Assembly (NCBI RefSeq): GCF_001194135.2
Contig: NC_068981.1
Span: 52,143,169-52,177,296 of the forward strand
Direction: 5' to 3'
Origin: Octopus bimaculoides
Taxonomy: Eukaryota
Length of the DNA stretch: 34,128 nucleotides
Part shown: piece after piece, positions 1 to 11,235 of the stretch
Layout of the letters: the number at the start of each line of letters is the position of its first letter
Numbering within the stretch: position 1 is the stretch's first letter
Made by a program: the position numbers and the translations under genes
The notes under the pieces: model-generated
The model's input: only the letters and a program-made list of their open reading frames with translations
What the model was told of the DNA's origin: nothing
The model's database searches: none

Positions 1-2130
1 AGAGCAAAAAAAAGGGGCACAAGAAGCAGCCAATAGAAATGATGCCAAGGGTTTGTACTCTTATGTTAAGGAGGTATATGGCCCGAAATCTTTTTCAATA
101 GCTCCAGTGAGAACAGCAAATGGACGTTTGCTTCTGACTGACACCGCTTCTCTTCATAAGCGCTGGGTAGAACATTTTTCTGCACTTTTGAATAGACTGA
201 CATCCGCTGACATGAGAACGATAGAAAAAATAGAACTCCATCCAGTTATAGAAGAGATGGCATTTGAACCAACTCTAAATGACAATAATCTAGCTGTGAA
301 TAAGCTGAATAACAATAAGTCTCCAGGGTCTGATGGAATCTCTGCAGAAGTCTTGAAATATAGGGGTGACAAAATGTTTGAACTCTTAAATATATTAATT
401 TGTCACTGTTGGAGAACTGGGAAAGTGCCTCAAGACTGGATTGATGCCATTTTAGTCTCCTTGTATAAATCGGGGCCAAAGGATTTTCGTGGGATTTCGC
501 TTTTGTCTGTGATTGGAATGGTACTTGNNNNNNNNNNTATAAATCGGGGCCAAAGGATTTTCGTGGGATTTCGCTTTTGTCTGTGATTGGAATGGTACTT
601 GCCCGCATTTTGTTAGAACGTTTAAATACCTTCATAGTTCCAAATATAGTGTCTGAGTCTCAGTGTGGTTTTCGTTCCTCCAGGGGCATAGCTGATTGTA
701 TATTTACTATCAGACGTTAACAAGAAAAGTGCATTGAACAGAATCGTGCTCTGTACCATTGCTTTGTTGATTTGAGCAAAGCATTTGATAGTGTTAATCG
801 AAATGCGCTGTGGCTAATTCTAAGGGAAATAGGTTGCCCAGAAAAATTTGTAAACATGATCAGGGCTTTGCATCAAGATATGAAAGCTAGAGTTAACTTT
901 GGTGGTAGGCTCTCTGAATCTTTTGCCGTAGAAAATGGAGTAAAGCAAGGAGACCTCTTTGCAATATACTTTGCTGTTGTGTTGTCACATGCTTTTCAAA
1001 ACTCTGAGGAGAGTATTTACATAAAATATCGAAAAACAGGGAATGTTTTTTAATCTGACCAGACTGAAATTCAAAACGAAGGCTTTTACTTCACTCAGTA
1101 GGGATCTTTTATACGCTGACGATTGCGATCTTGTCAGTCATTCTGAAACAGGTCTGCGATCTCTTGTATCTGCATTTGACTCAGCTTGTAATGATTTTGG
1201 CTTGACTATCAACAGTTGTGATGCATCAACCTGCGTGTGGTGCTGTTTGTAATCCCCATAAAATTTTTGTTGAGGGTAAGTTACATGAGGTTGTCGATTC
1301 GTTCATCTACCTTGGAAGCTCTGTACAAAATGATGGAAATCTTGATACAGAAATACAGCTGCGAATTCAAAGGACAGCAAAAGCATTTGGTGGCTTAGAG
1401 TCAAGCGTTTGGTGCCAGCGGCATATAAATAAGACTACAAAGCTGGCTCTTTACAAATCATTTTTCTTGCCATCCCTGTTGTATTCTTGTGAAACATTGA
1501 CTTGTTATGAAAGGCATTTAAAATTGTTAGAACACTTCCACCAAAAATACCTTCATCGCATTTGAAAAATTAAAGGGAGTTCTTTTACTCCAAACGCAGA
1601 TATCCTTGCATCTGCAGACATCACCTCAATTAAAGCTATGATCTTAAGGAACCAAATGGGATAGTGTGGTCATATTGTTCAAATTGCGGATGAGCACATG
1701 CCGAAAGAGCTGTTTTATGGTAAGTTTGCAGAGGGAAAATGCTATCGGCGTAAACCTAAAAAAAGGTTTAAGGACGGCATAAGGACTATGAAGTCACTTG
1801 GAATGGATCCAGAAGACACAGAAACCCTTGCTTCGGATCGAGGTGGATGGCAAACAAAAGTATGGAGTGGAGTGAAAGCATTTGAAGAGGCCAGGAGAAC
1901 GCATGTAAAACTCAAAAGAGATCTAAGGAAGAATGTTACGATAGAGAAGGTGAATGAGAATGACCTTATTTGTGTGCACAGTTTGTGACAGACCATGCCT
2001 TTCTTTTGCTGGGCTCAAATCTCATTTGCGAACCCATGGAAAACGAACCTCCACCAACTATTCTGCCTATATGTCTGTGCACGCCTTTGAATGCAGTGTA
2101 TATGTTCATATTAATCTGTAATTTGACAGA
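1..2130 (+). mobile_element. Decayed RTE/BovB-like LINE (RT domain to C-terminus), frameshifted; 5' part lies outside the window
   Basis: RT motifs in successive frames: KSPGSDGISAEVLK, FRGISLLSVIG, CFVDLSKAFDSVNR, GVKQGD, LLYADD (YADD at 1112-1123), FIYLGS, PKELFYGK. C-terminal C2H2-type CTVCDRPCLSFAGLKSHLRTH at 1975-2037. Several stops and frameshifts. Confidence 0.92.
464..601. other. Exact 64-bp duplication either side of a 10-N gap (assembly artefact)
   Basis: 464-527 is identical to 538-601, separated by N at 528-537; typical of an unmerged contig overlap. Confidence 0.9.
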
Positions 2131-2933
2131 TTAATATGAACACTAAAGATGTTTTTAGGTGTTACAGTTTCTTACACACACACATAACACAATTTTTTAC
2201 CCTACTGTTTTAATTTTATATACATATATATATANNNNNNNNNNNNNNNNNNNNNNNNNNNNNNNNNNNNNNNNNNNNNNNNNNNNNNNNNNNNNNNNNN
2301 NNNNNNNNNNNNNNNNNNNNNNNNNNNNNNNNNNNNNNNNNNNNNNNNNNNNNNNNNNNNNNNNNNNNNNNNNNNNNNNNNNNNNNNNNNNNNNNNNNNN
2401 NNNNNNNNNNNNNNNNNNNNNNNNNNNNNNNNNNNNNNNNNNNNNNNNNNNNNNNNNNNNNNNNNNNNNNNNNNNNNNNNNNNNNNNNNNNNNNNNNNNN
2501 NNNNNNNNNNNNNNNNNNNNNNNNNNNNNNNNNNNNNNNNNNNNNNNNNNNNNNNNNNNNNNNNNNNNNNNNNNNNNNNNNNNNNNNNNNNNNNNNNNNN
2601 NNNNNNNNNNNNNNNNNNNNNNNNNNNNNNNNNNNNNNNNNNNNNNNNNNNNNNNNNNNNNNNNNNNNNNNNNNNNNNNNNNNNNNNNNNNNNNNNNNNN
2701 NNNNNNNNNNNNNNNNNNNNNNNNNNNNNNNNNNNNNNNNNNNNNNNNNNNNNNNNNNNNNNNNNNNNNNNNNNNNNNNNNNNNNNNNNNNNNNNNNNNN
2801 NNNNNNNNNNNNNNNNNNNNNNNNNNNNNNNNNNNNNNNNNNNNNNNNNNNNNNNNNNNNNNNNNNNNNNNNNNNNNNNNNNNNNNNNNNNNNNNNNNNN
2901 NNNNNNNNNNNNNNNTGTGTGTGTGTGTGTGTC

Positions 2934-2965
<32 letters not shown>

Positions 2966-2970
2966 TGTGT

Positions 2971-3166
2971 CCTCATCGCCGCTTGACCTGGTGGTAGTGT
3001 GTTTGCATCCCAGTAACTTGGCAGTTCGAGAAAATAGACCGCTAGAATAAGTACCAGACTTTAAAAAAAAAAAGTTCTGAGGTCAATTCATTCGACTAAA
3101 ACTCTTCCAAGCAGTGCCCCCGCTTGGCCGCAGCCTAATGCCTGAAGCAAGTAAAATACAGATAAA
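2971..3166 (+). mobile_element. 3' half of tRNA-derived SINE family B (degenerate)
   Basis: Matches the 3' half of the complete copy at 18443-18865 (atcgccgcttgac...agaataagtacc...gcttggccgcagcctaatgcctgaagcaagtaaaa). It follows the internal (TG)n; the head is probably in the N-gap. Confidence 0.75.
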
Positions 3167-4489
3167 CGTTAAAATGATATACAGTGGAATTGTGTACTTT
3201 AAGATGTGCTGAATGCCAAAACTATACCAAAAAGCGATTTGGTTTGGATGTTGACTGACGTGTAGACAGTTTGACTGAAACAGCATATGTGGTTGTTTGC
3301 AGCACGGAGGCTGATTAGACAGGATGGCAGTTGAACTTGTAATCCTTCGATTGTTAGAAATACATTTTCTCTCCAGAAAAACTTTCTGATATAAAATTCA
3401 TATTAATTGTTCGGATTCTTCCTTCCGTTAAGAATTTAGTCGTTCCATCTGGCATGTTCCTCATTGGTAATGGTCTTCCTGTTGTTGCTACTGTTGTTGT
3501 TGTTGGTGGTGGTGGTGGTGGTGGTAGTGGTGGTAGTGTTGGTGGTGGTGGTGGTAGTACTGTTGCTGTTTCTGTTATTGCCGCTGCTGCTGCTGCTGCC
3601 AACAGTATTTATGGTTTAGAGTTAAGTGGAATATTGAGTCGTGACAGCCTTAAGATAACACTGTCGTTTTGTTGTTATAGTATGGTTGTTCTATAGTAGC
3701 TGCTACTGCGGCTACTACTGCTACTGTTATTTCTGTTGTTTTTTTTTCTTTTTATAAATGTTTATTTTTTTGTTGTTGCTGTTGTTGTTTCAATTTTTTT
3801 TTCTCTCTCTCTTTTCTTTTAATCCTATAAACAAATAATTCCTTCACCNNNNNNNNNNNNNNNNNNNNNNNNNNNNNNNNNNNNNNNNNNNNNNNNNNNN
3901 NNNNNNNNNNNNNNNNNNNNNNNNNNNNNNNNNNNNNNNNNNNNNNNNNNNNNNNNNNNNNNNNNNNNNNNNNNNNNNNNNNNNNNNNNNNNNNNNNNNN
4001 NNNNNNNNNNNNNNNNNNNNNNNNNNNNNNNNNNNNNNNNNNNNNNNNNNNNNNNNNNNNNNNNNNNNNNNNNNNNNNNNNNNNNNNNNNNNNNNNNNNN
4101 NNNNNNNNNNNNNNNNNNNNNNNNNNNNNNNNNNNNNNNNNNNNNNNNNNNNNNNNNNNNNNNNNNNNNNNNNNNNNNNNNNNNNNNNNNNNNNNNNNNN
4201 NNNNNNNNNNNNNNNNNNNNNNNNNNNNNNNNNNNNNNNNNNNNNNNNNNNNNNNNNNNNNNNNNNNNNNNNNNNNNNNNNNNNNNNNNNNNNNNNNNNN
4301 NNNNNNNNNNNNNNNNNNNNNNNNNNNNNNNNNNNNNNNNNNNNNNNNNNNNNNNNNNNNNNNNNNNNNNNNNNNNNNNNNNNNNNNNNNNNNNNNNNNN
4401 NNNNNNNNNNNNNNNNNNNNNNNNNNNNNNNNNNNNNNNNNNNNNNNNNNNNNNNNNNNNNNNNNNNNNNNNNNNNNNNNNNNNNNNNN

Positions 4490-4872
4490 TGTGCTGTTAT
4501 TGTGTTGTTGTTGTTGTTGATGGTGATGGTGATGGTGATGGTGGTGGTGGTGGTTATTGTTATTGTGTTGTTGTTGTTGTTGTTGTTGTTGTTGATGATG
4601 GTGGCGATGGTGGTTACTGTTATTGTGTTATTGTTTGTGTTGCTGCTGTTGCTACTGTTGATGCTGCTTCTGGTGTTACTGGTGGTGGTCGTGTTGCTGT
4701 TGTTGATGTTATTGATGCTGCTGCTGATGTTAGTGTTTTGGTGGGGTGTACCGTTTGGCGGGGTGTTAGTTTTGTTGATATTGATAGTGGCGGTAAGAGT
4801 ATTGTCACTTGTGGTGGTAATGTTCTTACTGGTGGTGGTGGTGGTGGTCGTCGTCGTCGTCGTCGTCGTCGT
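4490..4872. repeat. Compound trinucleotide microsatellite (GTT/GGT/GAT/GTC)n
   Basis: Direct reading; it generates the spurious poly-L/V/T/N ORFs. Confidence 0.9.
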
Positions 4873-5365
4873 CACAGTGAAGGTTGGTAAAAAGGACTGT
4901 GTGTGTGAGTGTGAGTGCGCGCGTGTGTGTATGTGTACGTGAATATTGTTTTGCGGTAAACGTGTTTCTTATTGTTATTGATTTCATTGTTGTTGTTACT
5001 GTTTACAGCTGTTCTCGTTCTTGTACCCCGGTTTTTTTGTAGCTTTTTGATTTTTGTTTTTTTTTTTCATATATATTTGGTTATGGCTGTTCCCACTACT
5101 TTCACCGTTTGACTTTAAAGAGCAAATCAATTCCTATCTATAATACTTATAATGTCCAATAATTTCTAGCAGCTAATTTGAGTTATCTCCCCTGATCGTT
5201 TATTATACTATTTTTGTTTTGTTTTTTTTGTGCCTTTATATGCTATGCATATGTCTATTCTTTTCCAATGCATACCGTGTATACTATGTTTATCATTTCA
5301 TTATATGCAAACCCCCACACTGTATTGTCCCCCTCATTCTTCACCCTTGTGGCAAACAAATGAAA

Positions 5366-5979
5366 TCATTATTATTATCATTATTGTAGTTATACTGAAA
5401 GACTCTCGGATAGTTCTTAATTACTTGAAAGCAGGCAATAACAAATCACCAGAGGTTTCAAGTAGTGCCTTCTCCTGTGACTCAAAGAGACAATACTCTC
5501 CTTAGAATGCGAGCTGTACCCAACAATGCTGTCTTCTGGATCACCTCGAGCCTGACAGCAGCTCCAATAATCTTAATATGTTTTTTAAAACACTTGGAAA
5601 CTGCTCCTATGCTCCAATTACCACCGGTATGACTATTACTTTCCTCATGTCCATAACTTTCCTATATCGTCCCGCGGTGGCTGGCATTTCGCAGGCTTTT
5701 CTGTTTCCTCACATTTCACCCACGAAACACCTGGTATTACAACATCTATTATCTTTACTTCTTTTCCATCTTCATGGATGAGCACGGTATCTGGCCGTCT
5801 CACCTCTATGACTTGGTCGCAATGCATGTTAAAATTCCAGAGTATTTTGTAACGTTCGTTTTCTATTATTCCCTCTGGCTTGTGTTCATGCCATTGGTCG
5901 GCTCTCTCGAAGTTTACTTTATCGCACAACAGCCATTGAACATATCTAGCCACATTGTCGTGTCTCCTTTTGTATTCGC

Positions 5980-5981
<2 letters not shown>
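5366..5981 (-). mobile_element. 5'-truncated R4/Dong-like non-LTR retrotransposon, copy A (RLE domain and 3' UTR)
   Basis: Minus-strand translation HKPEGIIENERYKILWNFNMHCDQVIEVRRPDTVLIHEDGKEVKIIDVVIP (PD..D restriction-like endonuclease), then IQKTALLGTARILRRVLSL-stop, a short UTR and a TAA-type tail. Confidence 0.85.
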
Positions 5982-6029
<48 letters not shown>

Positions 6030-6705
6030 CATTATTATTATTATTATTATTATTGCCTTTGCACAGCTTCTAACGCTGGAGATGTACTACAGTATCAGCT
6101 GTTCACTACCAGTGAACTAAGGTAACAACTCTTATTTTTCAAGCACCTTCCAGAGTATTCGAGCGGTTCCAAGTAGCGCCGTTTTCTGCAAGTGTTCCAC
6201 CTTTATTGCAACCCTTATTAGTTCCACGTACTTCTAGAGATTTTTGCTCACTGTTCCCAGGGCTTCGACAATTATTGGTACTACTGCTACAGTTTTCATC
6301 GACCACAACTACTTAACTTCCCAAGCTAACCTGTCATATCTATCGACTTTTCTTTCTTCCTAATCGCATACCTTGTTTTCAGCTGGGCATGCTATATCTA
6401 TGATCCAGCATAGTTTGCTTTTTTTCTCAATTAAGACTATGTGCGGCTTCCTATTCTCTATCTCATGGTTGCACTGAATCATAAAATGCCATAAGATCTT
6501 TGCATTTCTATTTTCGACGATGCTTTCAGGTTTGTGGTCGTACCAATTTTTTGCTCTGTCAAGTCCATACTTGTTGCAAAGTGTCCAATGGACAAGCCTG
6601 GCTATATTGTCGTAGCGTCTCTTATATTCCTTCTGGGCTAGTGGCGTACATTGGCTGGCAATATGCCATACGGTTTCACCGTTTTGTCCACAGATTCTGC
6701 ACAAC
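5982..6705 (-). mobile_element. 5'-truncated R4/Dong-like non-LTR retrotransposon, copy B (CCHC knuckle, RLE, 3' UTR, (TAA)n tail)
   Basis: CRICGQNGETVWHIASQC zinc knuckle; KPHIVLIEKKSKLCWIIDIACP RLE motif; LQKTALLGTARILWKVLEK-stop. The 3' UTR differs from copy A and ends in (TAA)n at 5982-6053. Confidence 0.88.
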
Positions 6706-6957
6706 AACAATAGTGATAATGCCCTGATGCAGTACGAGGCAGAGGCTCTCATGACTTTTGATGATTACTGATTGGAGGTGTTATCATGTACATTATTTTG
6801 TACATTCTATTATTATTATTATTATTATTGAGTGATCTCAAATCAAGATAAACAGCGCATGACCTTGCAATTGGGGCCCCGTTAGAATGTTCTTCAGGCC
6901 GAGTAGCCCCTCCCGCTCAAAAGGTCCCAGTAGTAGTAGTAGTAGTAGTAGCAGCTG

Positions 6958-7187
6958 CAAGGTAGTGAGCTGGCAGAATTGTTAGCAGTATTTCGCAGTA
7001 TGTTAGCAGTATTTCGCCTGTCGCTACGTTCTGAGTTCAAATTCCGCCGAGGTCAACTTTGCCTTTCTTCCTTTCGGGGTCGATAAAATAAGTACTGGTC
7101 GAACACTGGGGTCGATGTAATTGACTTATCCCCTCCCTCAAAATTGCTGCCCTTGTGGCAAAATTTGAAACAATTGTTATTATTATT
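6958..7187 (+). mobile_element. tRNA-derived SINE family A
   Basis: Head aaggtagtgagctggcagaattgttag (A-box-like), B box gagttcaaattcc, body cctttcggggtcgataaaataagtac...ctggggtcgatgtaa, tail ttgtggcaaaatttgaaac plus (ATT)n. Same family as the array at 29475-30550. Confidence 0.88.
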
Positions 7188-8035
7188 CAGGTCACTGCTT
7201 GGAATCAAACTCGGAATCTTGGAGTTAGTAGCCCGCGCTCTTAACCACTGCGCCATATGCTTGTGAGCAATTATGGAGTGAATTTTAGGGCTTATAAATC
7301 TAATATTTTTCTATCCTTCCTTAATACCGGTCCCCATATGCTACTCATATCTGCCATCCATACAGTGTAAAGAGAGGGATTGCTCAGTGCCTAAAACATC
7401 GTGCAAAGAATATAAGTAGCGATCGTGATACATACCACGAAGAAATGATCAAGATCAATAACAGTCTATTAAGCAACAACTACCCCAAAAACATACTATC
7501 CACTCCAATTATCAAGAAAAGAGAGGATGAAACCAATAAACTGTGCACAGTCTGTCTTCCCTATGTGAAAGGCCTCTCCGAAAAGATACAAAAGATATGC
7601 GACTCATATGACATCAGGACAGTATACAACACTTCGCAAATATCTCCGAGTAAAACCACCAATAGAAGAGAATATGACTAAAGACTGCGTGTACTCCATC
7701 TCATGCAGCTGTAGCAGGTTATACAAAGGCGAAACATATCACCCTCTCAAAATAAAGGTGGACGAACATCGCAAAGCTGTGACACGAGGAGATATTGATA
7801 AATCGGGTATAGCTGATCATCTATGGAAAAATGAAGACCACCTCCCTCTGTAGGATGAAGTTAAAATAATAGACAGAGAACACCACTGGAAAATACGAAA
7901 ACTAAAAGAAGCAGCACATATGCTTGGACACAGCAGACCGAGTCCAGATATGAGCAGCATATGGGAACTAGTATTAAGGAAGGAAAGGAAAATATTAGAT
8001 TTATAAGCCCTAAAATTTATTCCATAATTGCCCAC

Positions 8036-8109
8036 GGGATATGGCGTAGTGATTAAGACCGCGGGCTGCTAACCCCAAGATTCTGAGTTCGATTCCAGGC
8101 AGTGACCTG
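8036..8109 (+). other. tRNA-like (Pol III A/B-box) segment inside the PLE terminal repeat; not a functional tRNA gene
   Basis: A box tggcgtagtgatt (8042-8054), anticodon-like loop ctgctaa (8066-8072), B box gagttcgattcc (8085-8096). Acceptor stem is poor. A second copy lies on the minus strand at 7188-7262. Confidence 0.7.
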
Positions 8110-8184
8110 ACTACTACTAATAATAATAATAATAACATCGAAAAATACCTTAGGAATGAGAACCCAGGTACGAAATTTCCCCAA

Positions 8185-8230
8185 GACACCTGACGAAGGC
8201 TGGAGGGTATAACAGCCGAAACGTTGTGTT
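8185..8230 (+). ncRNA. Type I minimal hammerhead ribozyme motif (PLE-associated)
   Basis: GACAC-CUGACGA-A-GGCUG(loop)CAGCC-GAAACGUU-GUGUU. Stem I 8185-8189/8226-8230, core 8190-8196, stem II 8198-8202/8213-8217, palindromic ACGU helix III, predicted cleavage after 8225. Confidence 0.75.
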
Positions 8231-8729
8231 AACAACAAACAATGTAAATAATGTATTATTATTATTATTAGATCTTAAACAACCTGAGAAAGAGTTTATG
8301 CCTTCTAAACGTTTGGATAGTCTCAGTTTTACGAATTTTCTCAGCTGACTATATTACGTGTGCTACACCCTACTGTTTTCCCCATTTAATATATTGAATC
8401 CTTTCCAGTACCTATTTCCTTCAACTTTATTGCTGATATTCTACATGCACTGATCACTCTTAATCTTGTCAATTAATATGTATTTCCCTGAAGAGAGGTA
8501 AGAATACTGAAACCTGTTTTTACTAGTTGTTTTCTTCAAAAAAAAAAAAATCATATTCACGCAAATCATTTTCTTCATTGCCAAATCGTATTTTCTTTAA
8601 GATTCTAAAATTATACCGGGGGGGGAGTATTTTAAATTTGTTAATTGCTTGGATAATCTTAGTTAATCGACATTTTTTTCATCTCATTATATTACATATG
8701 TGAAGTCCTACCGGATTTATAGTCTGCTG

Positions 8730-8994
8730 ATCTTGTAGTAGTAGTAGTAGTAGTAATAGTAGTAGTAGTAGTAGTAGTAGTTCTTCTTCCCTTTCTTCTT
8801 TCCCTTCTTTTTCTTGCGGGCTTTGTGGTCAGCGTCTCTGATGATGATAAGGAGGAGGAGGAGGAGGAGGAGGTGGACGGGATGCTGAAGATGATAACGA
8901 CGATGATGAAGACTACGACGACGACGACGATGATGATGATGATAACGACGACGATAACGATGATGACTATCATGGTGATGATGACGATGACAAA

Positions 8995-9028
<34 letters not shown>

Positions 9029-9030
9029 TT
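8730..9030. repeat. Compound trinucleotide microsatellite (GTA, GAG, GAC, GAT)
   Basis: Direct reading. Confidence 0.85.
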
Positions 9031-9890
9031 ATCGCTTCTTAAGCTGCATCTCACGCCCTCCTATCTTTCTTTTTCGCTTATATTCTTTTTCTGTTCCGTT
9101 CCATTTTACCATATACGCCGCTATTCTATTCTATTCCATTCGATTCTATTTTGTCTTTCTTTTGTCACCTGTTTACGTTAAGCCTTGCGCCACATTACAT
9201 CGGATTTTTGTTGCTTTTTGTTTTGGCGCTTTGGTTTTAACTTTGATATTGTATTTTGTTTTGGTTTCTTCTTTCATTATCGTTGTTGTTGTAGTAGTAG
9301 TAGTTACTATTGTTACTATTATTATTGATGTTGTTGTTGTTGTTTTCTTTTCCTGCCATAGCGATTTGACAAAGTCGACATTGTTTTGATGCCTTTCTTG
9401 TACACCACTCAGTAATATCAAGACGACGACGTTACTCGACAACCGAATGTTCCAGGAATTTACCCTTCATTTAATTATTTTCTTTTTCTTTTATTTGTAT
9501 CTTTTATTTTAACATCTCTGTTTTGTTCATCTTCTTTTGACGTTTCCTTCTTTTTATTTTATTTTATTTTTCCCCTTCCCGTTTCTTGTAGTTTGTTATT
9601 TTTAATCTTGAAGATCGTATTAATTTTAAATCCTCAGTCGTTGCCACTATATTATTAACACTTTGCAAGCACTTTATTTCTCTGTCTACACCTTACCGTT
9701 CTACACTTGTCTTTGTTTCACATATTCTATATCTCTCTATTTCTACGCGCGCCCACACGTACGCACGCATATACATACACACATACACTTACACGCACAC
9801 ATATACACACACACACACAGATACGAATAAAGATGTTGTCACTCGATTTACTCTCCTTTCTCTATTTCTTCCTCTCTCTCTCTCATATAT

Positions 9891-9944
<54 letters not shown>

Positions 9945-9966
9945 ATATATATATATATATATAACG

Positions 9967-10010
9967 AAACTGTCCGATGAACGGGAACGTGAAACTCAGA
10001 GTAACAGTTT
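9967..10010 (+). ncRNA. Solitary type I hammerhead-like motif with one core substitution (U4C)
   Basis: AAACUGU-CCGAUGA-ACG(GGAA)CGU-GAAACUC(A)GAGUA-ACAGUUU. Perfect 7-bp stem I, 3-bp stem II, helix III with a 1-nt loop, GUA cleavage triplet at 10001-10003. Confidence 0.7.
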
Positions 10011-10222
10011 TTTTTGTTATATTTCTGCTGCTTTTAAATAAAGTATATATATATATATTGATATGTATATATATCAAGATAGAGAGACAATATGTTGTGA
10101 AAGAAAGACAGAGTTAGGATAATAAGACTCAGACAGAAATAAAGTGTTTGGCAAAGTGTTAACAATATAGTGACGACTCTATGTGTGTGTTTTTATGTAT
10201 ATATAATTATATGCACATATTG

Positions 10223-10277
<55 letters not shown>

Positions 10278-10979
10278 CATGCCTCTATTTCTCTGTTCTT
10301 TTCTCATTCATTTTCTCTCTCGCTTTCTCTTTCTCTCTCTCTCTCTCTCTCCCTCTTCTTCTTCCTCGTCTTCTCTCTCTCTCTCTCTCTCTCATTATCT
10401 CTATCTTTCTTCTTTCCTCTCTCTCCCTCCTCGTCTTTCTCTTCTCATGTCTTTTTTTTAACTTACTCTCAACGCCTCCGTAGCTCTCTTCACCTCTCTA
10501 TTTCACTCGGTACTTTACATAACTACTTGTACGTGCAACACCACAAAAATGTATGTGCGTGTGTTGTGTGTGCGTCTGTCTATCTATCTGTATGCCTGTA
10601 TGTATGTGTGTATACACATATGTATGTATGTATCCATTATGTATGTATGTATGTATGTATGTATGTATGTATGTATGTATGTGTGTGTGTGTATGTATGC
10701 CACAGAACCTCTCAAAATTAGACCCCGATATCTAAGCTTTGTTCAAGCCTAATTAGATTACCTATGAAGTAAACTAAACAACACCAAAGTATGCAATCCC
10801 CGCAAACTATAAATCCACAAATACTTTGCACTTTACAACAATGAAACACAACCCAGGATAACGAAAGTAAGATATAAGAAATTTACGATCGAGTATAGCA
10901 TATGCGCATTCCCGTCATTAGCTGCCCAGACGGATATCACTATGGTTTCGACGGATACTGATACATATATGCGTGTATA

Positions 10980-11235
10980 GACAGACAGACAGACTTAGGT
11001 TTAGGTCAGTACTGACCCAGGCCATATGTAATTTAATAGTACCTCTTCCTGACGTCTTTTAAGTCATATATTGGGAGAATATAGATAACTCGGACTGGAA
11101 GTTTAGGACGAATTTTGTCCGAGTGTCTGTGTTTTGTTGGATACTTCTTCGAGGATTTTGTCCAGATATCATTTGAAGGTTATGAGGCATTTTTCTTCCT
11201 TGAAACTCTGAGGGTATACCAGCTGAGGTAAACAT
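10980..11235 (-). mobile_element. 3' end of a CR1/L2-like LINE (degenerate)
   Basis: Minus-strand translation CLITFK*YLDKILEEVSNKT resembles the FKxxLDKxL C-terminus of CR1/L2-group ORF2. It is followed by ggcctgggtcagtactgacctaaacctaa and a (GTCT)n tail. Confidence 0.4.

Larger units (their letters stand above)
7188..8250 (+). mobile_element. Penelope-like element fragment (GIY-YIG endonuclease) with inverted pseudo-LTR copy at its 5' end
   Basis: 7445-8005 translates to VCLPYVKGLSEKIQKIC...CVYSISCSCSRLYKGET...KVDEHRK...SGIADHLW...VKIIDREHHWKIRKLKEAAH (PLE linker plus GIY-YIG, with frameshift and stop). 7188-7352 is the reverse complement of 7946-8109. Confidence 0.88.

Noticed and set aside
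464-601. 64-bp tandem duplication in the RTE element
   Set aside because: Identical copies flank a 10-N gap, so it is an assembly overlap rather than biology.
3354-3696. Short ORFs overlapping GGT/GCT repeats
   Set aside because: Low-complexity driven; no domain similarity.
8036-8109. Functional tRNA-Ser(GCT) gene
   Set aside because: No long variable arm, poor acceptor and anticodon stems, and the second copy has ACT; treated as a tRNA-derived repeat segment.
8486-8520. CUGAAGA...GAAAC hammerhead-like boxes
   Set aside because: Stem II is out of register and no stem I partner follows the putative cleavage site.
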